Assembly (NCBI GenBank): GCA_043821645.1
Contig: JBDRCO010000068.1
Span: 32,001-96,000, forward strand
Length of the DNA stretch: 64,000 bases
Source of the DNA: Pseudomonadota bacterium
GTDB lineage: Bacteria; Myxococcota; JACRCW01; JAFGSX01
Reading direction: 5' to 3'
In this document: piece after piece, positions 51,598-61,402 of the stretch
Position numbering within the stretch: the stretch's first letter is position 1
Layout: each line of letters starts with the position of its first letter
Notes under the pieces: generated by a model
What the model was told of the DNA's origin: nothing
Database searches by the model: none
Seen by the model: only the letters and a program-made list of their open reading frames with translations
Position numbers and translations under genes: made by a program

Positions 51598-52539
51598 GTG
51601 GGGCTGTTCTCGCGAGTCCTGGGCATCCTGAGAGGCCGCGACGGTGTGCGGGCGGCCAAGCTCGTCGCCACGGGCGTGAGCAACGCGCGGGAGGGCAGGC
51701 TTGAGGACGCCCTGCGGCTGTATCGCCGTGCCACCCGCGCCGACCACACCTATGCCCTGGCGCACCTCAACGTCGGTCTGGCTCTGCAGGACCTCTACAA
51801 TCGCGTGTGTGCACAGCTCGACGACGAGCAACGCCAACAGCGGCTGGAGGAGATCGCGGTCTCGCTGGACGAGGCCCGGCTGCTCGATGAGAGTCTGGCT
51901 CCAGCCTACAGCGCCCATGGCTACGTGATGCAGGCACTGGGCCGCGATGTCGACACCGTGGCGGATTTCGAGCGTTTTCTCGAGCTGGCGGCCGAGGATG
52001 ACAAGCTGCGCGACGGCGTGCAGCGAGACCTGGCCCAGGCACAGGAACGGGTCGAGCAGCAGCAGCGCCGGGAGCGCGCGGTACGCCTTGTTCGTGACGA
52101 CAGCACCGGCGACGAGGAACTCGCCGAGGCCTGCACAGATCTGGAGCACGCGATCTCCCTGGCGGACCGGGATGCCGAGCTCTGGTGGGCCCTGGGCGTC
52201 GGCTGTCGTCGCACCGGCAACACCGCCCGTGCGGTCGAGGCCTTCGTGTTCGTGACCGAGCTGGATCCCGAGGGCGCCGACGCTCACCGCGAGCTGTCGT
52301 CCATCGCGTTCAAGGCTCGACAGCTGGACCTGGCTCTGCAGCATGCGCGGCGTGCCTACGAGATCGATCCCACCAACGCGGGGGTCGTGTGTAATCTGGG
52401 GGTCTGCCACATGGAACTGGGGGATCTGGAACACGCGAGGGAGTTCATCGAACTCGCGCACGAGCTGGATGCCGAGGACCCCATCATCGAGGACTGCCTG
52501 CGCGAGCTGGAGCGAGCCGTCGCGCGCGTACCGTCGTGA
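51598..52539 (+). CDS. TPR protein
   Basis: Multiple TPR-like repeats (AHLNVGLAL, WWALG, VCNLGVCH). Confidence 0.85.
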   Translation: MGLFSRVLGILRGRDGVRAAKLVATGVSNAREGRLEDALRLYRRATRADHTYALAHLNVGLALQDLYNRVCAQLDDEQRQQRLEEIAVSLDEARLLDESLAPAYSAHGYVMQALGRDVDTVADFERFLELAAEDDKLRDGVQRDLAQAQERVEQQQRRERAVRLVRDDSTGDEELAEACTDLEHAISLADRDAELWWALGVGCRRTGNTARAVEAFVFVTELDPEGADAHRELSSIAFKARQLDLALQHARRAYEIDPTNAGVVCNLGVCHMELGDLEHAREFIELAHELDAEDPIIEDCLRELERAVARVPS

Positions 52540-52609
52540 AAAGGGTGCAACCCGGCCCGCCGGACGCGTGGGGCAGGACCGGAAACGGCGCCCGGGGTCA
52601 GGAGAGAAC

Positions 52610-53056
52610 ATGATCGCACTCGGATCCGACCATGCGGGCTTGCAGCTCAAGCGCTCCGTTGTGCAGCACCTCGAGACTCGCGGCTTCGAAGTCGCGGATC
52701 TGGGCACCCACGATGCGCAGTCCTGCGACTATCCCGACCTGGCGAAGGCGGTTGGCGAGCGTGTCGCGCGAGGCGCGGCCGATCTCGGCGTGCTTGTCTG
52801 TGGCACGGGCACGGGCATGGCCATCGCCGCCAACAAGGTCCCGGGGGTGCGCGCGGCCATGTGCTGCAGCGAACTTCAGGCACGGCTGGCGCGCGGCCAC
52901 AACGACGCCAACGTGCTGTGTCTGGGGCAGCGTCTGCAAGGCGAGGCCCTGGCCCAGGCCATCGTCGATGCCTTCGTCGACACGGCGTTCGAGGGCGAGC
53001 GACATGGACGTCGCGTGCGCCTGATCAGCGACATGGAGCGTGCTGCGCCGCGCTGA
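52610..53056 (+). CDS. rpiB: Ribose-5-phosphate isomerase B
   Basis: [47 protein letters not shown]. Confidence 0.96.
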   Translation: MIALGSDHAGLQLKRSVVQHLETRGFEVADLGTHDAQSCDYPDLAKAVGERVARGAADLGVLVCGTGTGMAIAANKVPGVRAAMCCSELQARLARGHNDANVLCLGQRLQGEALAQAIVDAFVDTAFEGERHGRRVRLISDMERAAPR

Positions 53057-53141
53057 GGGCGGCATGCCATGCCGGGTTGTGCACGCCCGGCCTCGATGGG
53101 GCAGTCCCCGGGACCACCCCGAGCAACATGAGGGAGCAGCA

Positions 53142-54413
53142 ATGACACTCGAGGCGCTCAAGAAGGTGGATCCGCAGGTGTACGGGGCCCTGGTGAAGGA
53201 AATCCGACGCCAAGCCGAGGGGCTGGAACTCATCGCCAGCGAGAACTTCGTCAGCGAAGCCGTGCTGCAGGCCATGGGCTCACCCCTGACCAACAAGTAC
53301 GCCGAGGGCTACCCGGGCAAGCGCTACTACGGCGGCTGCGAGTTCCACGACGTCATTGAGCAACTGGCCATCGATCGCGCCTGCCAGCTCTTTGGCGCCG
53401 AGCACGCCAACGTGCAGCCGCACTCGGGCGCCCAGGCCAACATGGCCGTGTACTTTGCCGTGTGCGAGCCCGGGGACACCGTGCTGGCCATGAACCTGGA
53501 CCACGGCGGTCACCTGACCCACGGCAGTCCGGTCAACTTCTCTGGCCGGCTGTACAAGATCGTGCCCTATGGCGTGCGCCAGGACGACCAGTGCATCGAC
53601 TACGACGAGGTCGAGCGGCTGGCTGATGCGCACCGGCCGAAGATGATCCTGGCCGGGGCCAGCGCCTACTCGCGGACCATCGACTTCGAGCGCTTCGGCG
53701 CCATCGCCAAGAAGGTCGGTGCCGTGTTGCTGGTGGACATGGCCCACATCGCGGGTCTGGTCGCGGCGGGTGTACATCCCTCGCCGGTGCCCCACGCCGA
53801 CTTCGTGACCACCACCACCCACAAGACCCTGCGCGGACCGCGCGGCGGCCTGATCCTGTGTCAGGAGAAGCACAAGAAGGTCATCAACTCTCGGGTGTTC
53901 CCCGGTGTGCAGGGCGGTCCCCTGATGCATGTGATCGCCGCCAAGGCCGTGTGCTTTCAAGAGGCGCTCGGCGACGCGTTCAAGACCTACCAGCAGCGCA
54001 TCGTCGACAACGCCCAGGCCCTGGCCAGCGCCTTGACCGCGGGCGGCTGCCAGCTGGTGTCCGGAGGCACCGACAACCACCTGATGATGATCGACATGCG
54101 CTCGAAGAAGATGACCGGCAAGGCCGGAGAAAAGGCCCTCGGCCTCGCGGATATCACGGTCAACAAGAACATGATCCCCTTCGATCCCGAGAAGCCAACG
54201 GTGGCCAGCGGCGTCAGAGTGGGTACCCCCGCGGTGACCACCCGTGGCATGGGCACCGATGAGATGCGGCAGATCGGCGGTCTGATCAACCGCACCCTCG
54301 ATGCCCCGGACGACGAGGCCGTGCGAGCCCAGGTGCGCGAGGCGGTGCTCGCCCTGACCGCGCGCTTCCCCCTTTATGCCTCGCGCCTTGAGGAGATCGA
54401 ACGCCTTGGTTGA
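53142..54413 (+). CDS. glyA: Serine hydroxymethyltransferase
   Basis: [43 protein letters not shown]. Confidence 0.98.
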   Translation: MTLEALKKVDPQVYGALVKEIRRQAEGLELIASENFVSEAVLQAMGSPLTNKYAEGYPGKRYYGGCEFHDVIEQLAIDRACQLFGAEHANVQPHSGAQANMAVYFAVCEPGDTVLAMNLDHGGHLTHGSPVNFSGRLYKIVPYGVRQDDQCIDYDEVERLADAHRPKMILAGASAYSRTIDFERFGAIAKKVGAVLLVDMAHIAGLVAAGVHPSPVPHADFVTTTTHKTLRGPRGGLILCQEKHKKVINSRVFPGVQGGPLMHVIAAKAVCFQEALGDAFKTYQQRIVDNAQALASALTAGGCQLVSGGTDNHLMMIDMRSKKMTGKAGEKALGLADITVNKNMIPFDPEKPTVASGVRVGTPAVTTRGMGTDEMRQIGGLINRTLDAPDDEAVRAQVREAVLALTARFPLYASRLEEIERLG

Positions 54414-54906
54414 ACCTGCTGCACACCGTCCCACCGGGCCGCGCCCGAGCTGGGACGAGTACTTCATGGATTTCGCTCGCCTGGCCAGAACCCGCGCGAC
54501 CTGTATCCGTCGCGGGGTCGGGGCGGTGATCGTGCGCGATCGCCAGATCCTGACCACGGGCTACAACGGCGCGCCCAGGGGCATGCCCCACGCCGAGCAG
54601 GTCGGCTGCATCCGCGACAAGCTCGGGGTGCCGTCGGGGCAGCGGCATGAGATCTGCCGTGGCCTGCATGCCGAGCAGAACGCCATCATCCAGGCGGCCT
54701 ACCAGGGCATCTGCATTCGAGACGCGGATCTTTACTGCACCACCGCGCCGTGTTCGATCTGCATCAAGATGATCGTGAACGCTGGTATTCTGCGCGTGTA
54801 TTATCTCGAGGACTATCACGACGAGCTGAGCCGCAGCATCGCCGCCGAGGCCGGAGTGGCCCTGATTCACGTCGGTGGCGTGCGCGACGAGGGTGGCCCG
54901 ACATGA
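54406..54906 (+). CDS. dCMP deaminase family (ComEB-like)
   Basis: [31 protein letters not shown] start after GAGGAG inferred. Confidence 0.93.
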   Translation: MVEPAAHRPTGPRPSWDEYFMDFARLARTRATCIRRGVGAVIVRDRQILTTGYNGAPRGMPHAEQVGCIRDKLGVPSGQRHEICRGLHAEQNAIIQAAYQGICIRDADLYCTTAPCSICIKMIVNAGILRVYYLEDYHDELSRSIAAEAGVALIHVGGVRDEGGPT

Positions 54907-55217
54907 ACTGCCCGCACTGCCATCACGCCGACACCAGGGTCGTGGACTCGCGCGAGACCGAGGCGGGCCAGGCCGTGCGCCGGCGTCGCGTGTGCGAGGC
55001 CTGCGAGCAGCGCTTCACCACCTACGAACGCATCGAGGCCCTGGTCCCGGTCACGGTCTCGGCGCGGACGGGTCAGACCTTGCAGCGTGCTGCCGGGCTG
55101 ACCTCGAGGCGAGGCCTGGCGCGGCGGGTGGCCAGCGACGATCCCGGGAATCGGGTCCCCGACTACGGTGAGCTCGACGACACCGTGGGGTCTCCACTGC
55201 CGCCTGGCGAGGCGTGA
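54903..55217 (+). CDS. nrdR: NrdR, truncated (Zn-ribbon only, no ATP-cone); possibly a pseudogene
   Basis: [30 protein letters not shown]; the following ~60 aa are not ATP-cone-like. Confidence 0.85.
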   Translation: MNCPHCHHADTRVVDSRETEAGQAVRRRRVCEACEQRFTTYERIEALVPVTVSARTGQTLQRAAGLTSRRGLARRVASDDPGNRVPDYGELDDTVGSPLPPGEA

Positions 55218-55240
55218 GTCGCTGAGGATCGCGCTCGACC

Positions 55241-56368
55241 ATGCCACGCCGTTCCCGAGCCTCGACACCACCCTCCAACGCCCAGGACGAGCGATGGATG
55301 CAGCACGCCATCGCCCAGGCGCGGCGAGGGCTGGGGCGCACGCGGCCAAACCCGGCGGTCGGGGCGGCAGTCGTGCGCGACGGCCGGGTCCTGGGCCTGG
55401 GCTATCACCACGGAGCAGGCTTGCCGCACGCCGAGGTCGAGGCGCTGCGCGTTGCCGTGGGTGACGTCCGGGGTGCCACCATCTACGTCACCCTGGAGCC
55501 CTGCGACCACCACGGGCGCACCGGCCCGTGCACCGAGCGTCTGATCGCGGCCGGCGTCGCGCGGGTGGTCGTTGGCTGCATCGATCCCAATCACCGCGTC
55601 AATCACCGCGGCGTGGCAAAGCTCCGTCGCCACGGCATCCAGGTCGATGTGGGCGTGTGCGAGGACGACTGCCGCGAGCTCATCGCCGGTTACAGCAAGC
55701 ACGTGGTGCAGGGCCTGCCCCTGGTCCTGCTCAAGGCGGCCGTGTCGGTGGATGGGCGCCTGGCCACGCGCACGGGCGATAGCCGCGGCCTGTCCGGGCC
55801 CGAGAGCCAGGCCCACCTGCATCGTCTTCGCGCGCGTTGCGACGCCATCGTCGTGGGCATTGGCACCGTGCTCGCCGACAACCCACGGCTCACACCGCGG
55901 GGCGAGGAGCGCGAGGCCGAGGACGGCAATCCCCTGATCCGGGTCGTGCTCGACACGCAGGCCCGCACCCCCCCGAGCTCGCAGGTGGTGCGCGGGCCGG
56001 GCACCTGCATCGTCGCCGTGGGGAAGGGGGCCGCGGCCTCCAGGCTCCGGCGCCTCGAGCAGGCCGGGGCCGAGATCCTGCGCTGTCCGCTGCGGGGTGG
56101 CCATGTGTCGCTGCGCCACGTGCTGCGCACGCTGGGGCGGCGCGGGCTGATGACCGTGCTGGTCGAGGGTGGCGGCACCGTGCATGGCAGCCTGCTCCGC
56201 CAGGGCCTGGCCGACCGCGTCCTGCTGTACATGACCCCGCGCCTCATCGGTGGCGACGGCGTGCCCGTGCTGGCCGGTCCTGGCCGCCGCCTGATCGCCG
56301 AGACCGGTCTGCAGGAGCCGCGGTGGCAAGCCCTGGGCGAGGACATGCTGCTGACTGCCCGGCTCTAG
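55241..56368 (+). CDS. ribD: Riboflavin biosynthesis deaminase/reductase
   Basis: PNPAVGA, HAE, TLEPCDHHGRTGPC, SVDGR, GIGTVLADNPRLT, LVEGG. Confidence 0.96.
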   Translation: MPRRSRASTPPSNAQDERWMQHAIAQARRGLGRTRPNPAVGAAVVRDGRVLGLGYHHGAGLPHAEVEALRVAVGDVRGATIYVTLEPCDHHGRTGPCTERLIAAGVARVVVGCIDPNHRVNHRGVAKLRRHGIQVDVGVCEDDCRELIAGYSKHVVQGLPLVLLKAAVSVDGRLATRTGDSRGLSGPESQAHLHRLRARCDAIVVGIGTVLADNPRLTPRGEEREAEDGNPLIRVVLDTQARTPPSSQVVRGPGTCIVAVGKGAAASRLRRLEQAGAEILRCPLRGGHVSLRHVLRTLGRRGLMTVLVEGGGTVHGSLLRQGLADRVLLYMTPRLIGGDGVPVLAGPGRRLIAETGLQEPRWQALGEDMLLTARL

Positions 56369-56430
56369 GACCTGCGTGCTGGGATTCGGATTCGCCCCGC
56401 AGGCACTGCCGAGCTTTTCAAATCTCAAGT

Positions 56431-56557
56431 TGTGCAATTTCACGGCAGCGATGGTGAGTATTACGACACTGCGCTTCTCCGATTCAAGCGTTTGATTCTA
56501 CATACATTTGCAGAATGACGCGGTTTTTCCCTGCGGAGACTGTTGAATATCTCGACA
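56431..56557. promoter_or_regulatory. Three 17-bp palindrome-like activator sites (TGTYG..CGACA type)
   Basis: TGTGCAATTTCACGGCA (56431), TGGTGAGTATTACGACA (56452, 21 bp later) and TGTTGAATATCTCGACA (56541). Confidence 0.65.
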
Positions 56558-56653
56558 AGCCAGGCCGGGAACCACTGGGGACCAGCCGCCGCGGGGATTC
56601 AATAAACCAATTTTATCTGAAGCATACCTGGATCTACCAGAATTGATCGGTGT

Positions 56654-56669
56654 TGGCCCACCTGTTGCT
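56654..56669 (+). promoter_or_regulatory. sigma54 promoter
   Basis: TGGCCCACCTGTTGCT with GG-N10-GC spacing. Confidence 0.75.
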
Positions 56670-56708
56670 CAATGAATGGAGCAGAACCGCACGAACAGGG
56701 AGGCCGCC

Positions 56709-56792
56709 ATGGTGCCACTGCTGATGATCTCGACACTCGCAGCCTGCCTCCTCGTCGAACGAATCAGGCGCTCAGCAGACATGTCGACCTAG
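56709..56792 (+). CDS. 27-aa single-TM peptide
   Basis: GGGAGG RBS; MVPLLMISTLAACLLVERIRRSADMST; resembles the N-terminus of the 60655 protein. Confidence 0.55.
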   Translation: MVPLLMISTLAACLLVERIRRSADMST

Positions 56793-56862
56793 CGCACGGA
56801 CGCAGCGCGCGGACGCTGCGAAACGGCGCCAGGGGGGCAGGGTACGAACCCGGAGGTTGCAC

Positions 56863-57411
56863 GTGAAAGCCCCCTTGCTTGCCGTCGTGGACAGGCTCCT
56901 CGTGACCGGCGCCATCGTCATGGCAGCCGTCTTGCCCGCTCTGCTCCTCGCCCAGGTCCCTGCCGATCCGGCCGCAGCAGAGGAGAATGCCCAGGCCGTC
57001 CCCTCGGTCGCGGCTGAACCTACCGCCATCAAGGAGACCATCACCTTCGAGTCGGTGATGGGTCGGGTCGAGTTCGCACACCGCCAGCACGTCGAGGAGT
57101 TCGGCGTCGAGTGCGCGAGCTGCCACCACGAGGTGCGGGCCCGCGAACTCAAGACGCCTCACGATCGCTACCTGCGCAACCTGCCTGTCGACTGTGCGCG
57201 CTGCCACCATGCGGGCGACGCCGCGCACAAGATCCAGGCCTGCAGCAACTGCCACGACGCCGCGGCGAGCATCCCGGGGCCCGACGACCTGCGCATGGGC
57301 GCCCGCGCCGCCGTGCACCTGACCTGCGCGGCCTGCCACGAGTTCGGCCAGGGCTGCGAGGCCAGCCAGAAGTGCATCACCTGTCACGCCGGGCCCAAGA
57401 AGCCCCGCTGA
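56863..57411 (+). CDS. Pentaheme class III (c3-like) cytochrome c
   Basis: VEFAHRQH; CASCH, CARCH, CSNCH, CAACH, CITCH; signal/TM segment; GGAGG before GTG. Confidence 0.9.
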   Translation: MKAPLLAVVDRLLVTGAIVMAAVLPALLLAQVPADPAAAEENAQAVPSVAAEPTAIKETITFESVMGRVEFAHRQHVEEFGVECASCHHEVRARELKTPHDRYLRNLPVDCARCHHAGDAAHKIQACSNCHDAAASIPGPDDLRMGARAAVHLTCAACHEFGQGCEASQKCITCHAGPKKPR

Positions 57412-57446
57412 CGAGGACCGTGGGGGGAGAAGAGGCGGCGACGATC

Positions 57447-58313
57447 ATGCGACGACGCAGTTTTCTGGGAGCCCTGGGCGCCGCGGGCGCGGCACTGGCG
57501 ACGGGAAAGGCGAGGGGCTCCACCGCAGAACCCACTGCCGCGCGCGAGTTCGTGGGCGTGCTGTGCGACACCACCCGCTGCATCGGCTGCCGCGCGTGCG
57601 AGGTGGCCTGCGCCGAGACCCACGGCCTGCCCGTGCCCGACATCAAGGCGGACGGAGCCCTGGAGACGCCGCGCAAGACCAGCTTCACCCAGCGCACCGT
57701 GGTCAACCGCCACCACACCGACAAGGGCGAGGTCTTCGTCAAGCGGCAGTGCATGCACTGCTGGCAGCCGGCCTGCACCGCGGCCTGTCTCACCAACGCC
57801 ATGCTCAAGACCGAGGATGGGCCGGTAGTCTGGCGCGGCGACAAGTGCATGGGCTGTCGCTACTGCATGGTGTCCTGCCCCTTCGAGATGCCCAAGTACG
57901 AGTACGGCAGCAACAACCCGCGCATCAACAAGTGCGACCTCTGCGTGGACAGGGTGGCCCAGGGCAAGCTGCCCGCCTGCGTCGAGGCCTGCCCCAAGAA
58001 CGCCCTGCAGTTCGGTCGCAAGCGCGACCTCATGGAATCGGCGCACAAGCGCATCTACACCCACCCCGGCAGCTACGTGCGCCACGTCTACGGCGAGAAG
58101 GAAGTGGGGGGCACGGGCTGGCTCTACCTGGCCAGCGTGCCCTTCGATCAGCTCGGCTTCCGCACCGACCTCGGCGACACCCCCTATCCCGAGTACACCA
58201 AGCAGTTCCTGTACGGCGTGCCGGTGGTGTTTTTGGTCGGCCCGACGCTGATGCTGGGGCTGCACCAGCTGACCCGGCGCAGCGACGAGGTGAAGAAGAT
58301 GGAGGGCCAGTGA
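57447..58313 (+). CDS. Tat-exported multi-[4Fe-4S] protein (HybA/HmcB/NrfC family)
   Basis: MRRRSFLG Tat motif; CIGCRACEVAC, CMHC..PAC..AC, CMGCRYCMVSCP, KCDLC..PACVEACP; C-terminal TM. Confidence 0.94.
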   Translation: MRRRSFLGALGAAGAALATGKARGSTAEPTAAREFVGVLCDTTRCIGCRACEVACAETHGLPVPDIKADGALETPRKTSFTQRTVVNRHHTDKGEVFVKRQCMHCWQPACTAACLTNAMLKTEDGPVVWRGDKCMGCRYCMVSCPFEMPKYEYGSNNPRINKCDLCVDRVAQGKLPACVEACPKNALQFGRKRDLMESAHKRIYTHPGSYVRHVYGEKEVGGTGWLYLASVPFDQLGFRTDLGDTPYPEYTKQFLYGVPVVFLVGPTLMLGLHQLTRRSDEVKKMEGQ

Positions 58314-58314
58314 C

Positions 58315-59538
58315 ATGAGCACCACCTACCAGGGCCGCCCGAGCGACCTGCCGCTGTTCGACTTCCTGCTCGGCGAGCTGAAGCCAAAGGGCAAACTCCT
58401 GACGCCGTTCAACATCATCTCGGTGCCGGTGATGCTGGTGGGCGCGGTGCTCATCGCCATCCGCTTCATCTACGGGCTGGGCTCGGTGACCAACCTGAAC
58501 CAGGAGTTTCCCTGGGGCTTCTGGGTCAGCTTCGACGTCATCACCGGCGTGGCCTTCGCCGGCGGCGCCTACCTGGTCACCTTCGCTGTCTACGTGATGG
58601 GCAAGGAGAAGTACCACCCCATCGTGCGGGCCACGGTGCTCAACGGGTTTCTCGCCTACCTGTTCTACGCCATCGCCCTGACCCTGGACCTGGGCCGGCC
58701 CTGGAACATCGTCAACCCCATCATCGGCAACAGCTTCGGCTACAACAGCATCCTGTTCCTGGTGGCCTGGCACTTCATGCTCTACATGGCGTCGGAGTTC
58801 ATCGAGTTCTCGCCCGCCATCGCCGAGTGGCTCAACCTGAAGAAGGCACAGCGGGTGCTCACGGGCCTGACCCTGGTCACGGTGATCTTCGGCGTCACCC
58901 TGAGCTGCCTGCACCAGTCCGGCGTGGGCGCGCTGTTTTTGCTGGCCAAGTCCAAGATCCACCCGCTGTGGTACAGCGAGTTCATCCCCGTGCTGTTCCT
59001 GGTCTCCAGCGTGGCCTCGGGCGCCTCGGTGATCATCCTCGAGGGCAGCATCAGCCACCGTGTGTTCCGCGGCCAGCTGGGCAAGGACAAGCACGGCAGC
59101 TTTGACCAGATCGTGCTCGGCCTGGGTCGTGGCGCCGCGGTGGCGCTGTTTTTGTACTTCTTCCTCAAAGTCATGGCCTTTGTCCATGGCCACCACTGGG
59201 ACTACATCTTCACCGGCTGGGGCCAGTGGTACATGGTCGAGATGCTGGGCTTCGTGGTGTTGCCCTGCGCGCTGTTCGCCGCCGCCTACAAGCAGCAGGA
59301 TGTGCGCCTGGCCCAGGTCGCGGCGGTGCTGACCCTGATCGGCATCGTGCTCAATCGCCTCAACATCTCGCTCATCGCCTTCAACTGGAACACCGACGCC
59401 ACGTACTTCCCGTCGGTGTACGAGTTCATCGTCACCTTCAGCATCCTGTTTGCCGAGATCTGGGCTTTTCGCTGGGTGGTCCATCGATTGCCCGTGCTGC
59501 GCGAGGGCCCAGATTGGAGCCACAAGGGTTCGCACTGA
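58315..59538 (+). CDS. NrfD/PsrC-family membrane subunit (HybB/HmcC-like)
   Basis: GLGSVTNL..PWG.W..FDV..GVA..GG, DLGRPW, LHQSGVG, HPLWYS. Confidence 0.94.
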   Translation: MSTTYQGRPSDLPLFDFLLGELKPKGKLLTPFNIISVPVMLVGAVLIAIRFIYGLGSVTNLNQEFPWGFWVSFDVITGVAFAGGAYLVTFAVYVMGKEKYHPIVRATVLNGFLAYLFYAIALTLDLGRPWNIVNPIIGNSFGYNSILFLVAWHFMLYMASEFIEFSPAIAEWLNLKKAQRVLTGLTLVTVIFGVTLSCLHQSGVGALFLLAKSKIHPLWYSEFIPVLFLVSSVASGASVIILEGSISHRVFRGQLGKDKHGSFDQIVLGLGRGAAVALFLYFFLKVMAFVHGHHWDYIFTGWGQWYMVEMLGFVVLPCALFAAAYKQQDVRLAQVAAVLTLIGIVLNRLNISLIAFNWNTDATYFPSVYEFIVTFSILFAEIWAFRWVVHRLPVLREGPDWSHKGSH

Positions 59539-59567
59539 AAGGGCCGCCGGGCCCGCGGGAGAGGACC

Positions 59568-60302
59568 ATGGACACCTTCAGCTACGTCAACATCTTTGCG
59601 ACCAAGGGCATCGAGTACCTGCTCGTCATTGGCTTCCTGCTCGTCCTGTTCGCCTTTGTCCGCTACCTGGCGAAACCGGCGCCCGTACAAGCGGTCCGCG
59701 AGGCCGAGCTGCTCAGGCACAAGGGCCAGCTCGGTGTCTTGCCCGACCTGCTGCCGCTGCGGCCGCGACCCGGCGCCTTCGTGGCCTCGGGGCACACCTG
59801 CAACCGCCTGCGCGAGGACGGCTGCCTGGAGGTGAGCCTGGGTGCCCTGGTGCACCACTTACTTGGGGAGATCGAGCGGGTCGAGGTGGTTGCGCCGCAG
59901 CAGGTGCGCGCGGGCGACGTGCTGGCGGTACTGCACCAGGACGGCCGCCGCCTACACGTGCGCGCTCCCGTGGATGGCATCGTCACCGAGGTGCACACCG
60001 AACTCGTCTCGGGCAGCGAAAAGCTGATCTTCGATCCCGAGCACGCGCAGTGGCTGGTGCGCTTGCGGCCCCTGAAGATCACCGATGCTCTGGCGCGCAT
60101 GCACTATGCCGACGAGGCCAGGCACTGGCTGGATGGCGAGCTGCAGCGTCTGCGCGACCTGCTGGCGAGCAATGCCGCGGCATGGGTGGGGGCGCCACTG
60201 GCCCTCGCCGACGGCGGTACGCCGGTGCGCGGACTGGCCGGGCGCATGCCGGTGGAACACTGGCAACAGCTCGAACGCAGCTTCTTCGGCGGTCAGACCT
60301 GA
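59568..60302 (+). CDS. Membrane-anchored GcvH-like protein 1 (no lipoyl Lys)
   Basis: N-terminal IFATKGIEYLLVIGFL TM; GHT..; V.AGD.L..L.QDGR.L.VRAPVDG.V; WLVRL; ALADGG. Confidence 0.85.
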   Translation: MDTFSYVNIFATKGIEYLLVIGFLLVLFAFVRYLAKPAPVQAVREAELLRHKGQLGVLPDLLPLRPRPGAFVASGHTCNRLREDGCLEVSLGALVHHLLGEIERVEVVAPQQVRAGDVLAVLHQDGRRLHVRAPVDGIVTEVHTELVSGSEKLIFDPEHAQWLVRLRPLKITDALARMHYADEARHWLDGELQRLRDLLASNAAAWVGAPLALADGGTPVRGLAGRMPVEHWQQLERSFFGGQT

Positions 60303-60377
60303 GCTGGTGCGCACCCTGTGACCAGGTTGTGGGCGTCGGCCCAGGCGGGGTTTGCCGCGCAGAAGCCAGAATTGTAC

Positions 60378-60503
60378 TGCCGTGAAATTCAACAATCCGA
60401 CCCAGAAGACGGCAGTGGGTGGCTTTTGAAATTACAGAATAATTACGAAGGACTGAACGCATCGTGCCAATTCAAGGCCAATGGACTGTTGGATTATCCG
60501 ACA
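60378..60503. promoter_or_regulatory. Two further copies of the 17-bp palindrome-like site
   Basis: TGCCGTGAAATTCAACA (60378; its reverse complement matches the 56431 site at 15/17) and TGTTGGATTATCCGACA (60487). Confidence 0.7.
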
Positions 60504-60598
60504 AAAGCGAGAGCAAGTCCCCTGAGAGCGAATCCAGGAAATATATAAATTACCTTTAATAACAATACGATGGAATCGGATCCGCAATTCGTGATGGT

Positions 60599-60614
60599 TG
60601 GTGTGATTCTTGAA
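60599..60614 (+). promoter_or_regulatory. sigma54-like promoter (variant -12 GA)
   Basis: TGGTGTGATTCTTGAA with GG-N10-GA spacing, ~40 bp before the start codon, the same geometry as at 56654. Confidence 0.5.
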
Positions 60615-60654
60615 CATACTACTGATTGCGGGACCCTGTCCCAGGAGGTCTGTC

Positions 60655-61371
60655 ATGGTTGCGATCCTGGTCCTGACAACGGTGGTTTTCTTCGTGGCCG
60701 TCGATCTCATCCTGCAGCACCGCAAGCAGGCCCTTGGGCTGGCCTCGGCGGGAGGTGGTCAGGTCGGCGTGGTGGCGGCCCCCACCGGCCTGGCTGAGGA
60801 ACCCCGGCTGATCGTGGCCGAGGGCCATTTCCTGGCCCCCGGGCACACCGCGGTCCGCCTGCTGCCTGACGGCGCCCTGGCCCTGAGCAGCGGCCCGCTG
60901 CCCGCGCACCTGCTGGGCGCGGTCGATCGCATCGAGCTGCCGCTGCCGGGCCGAGTGCAGCGCGGCGATACCCTGGCGGTGCTGCACGGGGCTGGCCGCA
61001 GCCTTCACCTGAGCGCTCCCGTCGACGGCGTGATCGAGGCGGTGAACCGGGAGCTCGCCGCCTACCCGGGCCAGCAGGCGGTGGCGCGAGCGGCCAACAA
61101 CTGGCTGGTGCGGCTGCGCCCCCACGACCTGCAGCAGGCCCTGGCCGGATTGCACTTTGCAGCCGACGCCCAGCGCTGGTTGCAGGGCGAGGTGCAGCGG
61201 CTGCGCGACCTTCTGGCGTCGGTGCAGGGAGGCGTGGGCGAAGCCACGGCCCTGGCGGATGGCGGGCTACCGCGGCGCGGTCTGGCGCGGGAACTCGAAC
61301 CTGAGCGCTGGGCAAAGCTCGAGCAGAGCTTCTTCGCCATCCAGGATGACAGCGCAGATCGTGCGCATTGA
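60655..61371 (+). CDS. Membrane-anchored GcvH-like protein 2 (no lipoyl Lys)
   Basis: AGGAGG RBS; MVAILVLTTVVFFVAVD TM; PGHTAV; VQRGDTL..L.GAGRSL.L.APVDG.I..VN; NWLVRL; ALADGG. Confidence 0.85.
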   Translation: MVAILVLTTVVFFVAVDLILQHRKQALGLASAGGGQVGVVAAPTGLAEEPRLIVAEGHFLAPGHTAVRLLPDGALALSSGPLPAHLLGAVDRIELPLPGRVQRGDTLAVLHGAGRSLHLSAPVDGVIEAVNRELAAYPGQQAVARAANNWLVRLRPHDLQQALAGLHFAADAQRWLQGEVQRLRDLLASVQGGVGEATALADGGLPRRGLARELEPERWAKLEQSFFAIQDDSADRAH

Positions 61372-61402
61372 GCAGCGAGATCCGAGCAGGGGAGGCGCGC
61401 GC

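Noticed and set aside
57447-59538. Calling these genes hybA/hybB of hydrogenase-2
   Set aside because: No hydrogenase small or large subunit or maturation genes in the window, so only a family-level call is made.
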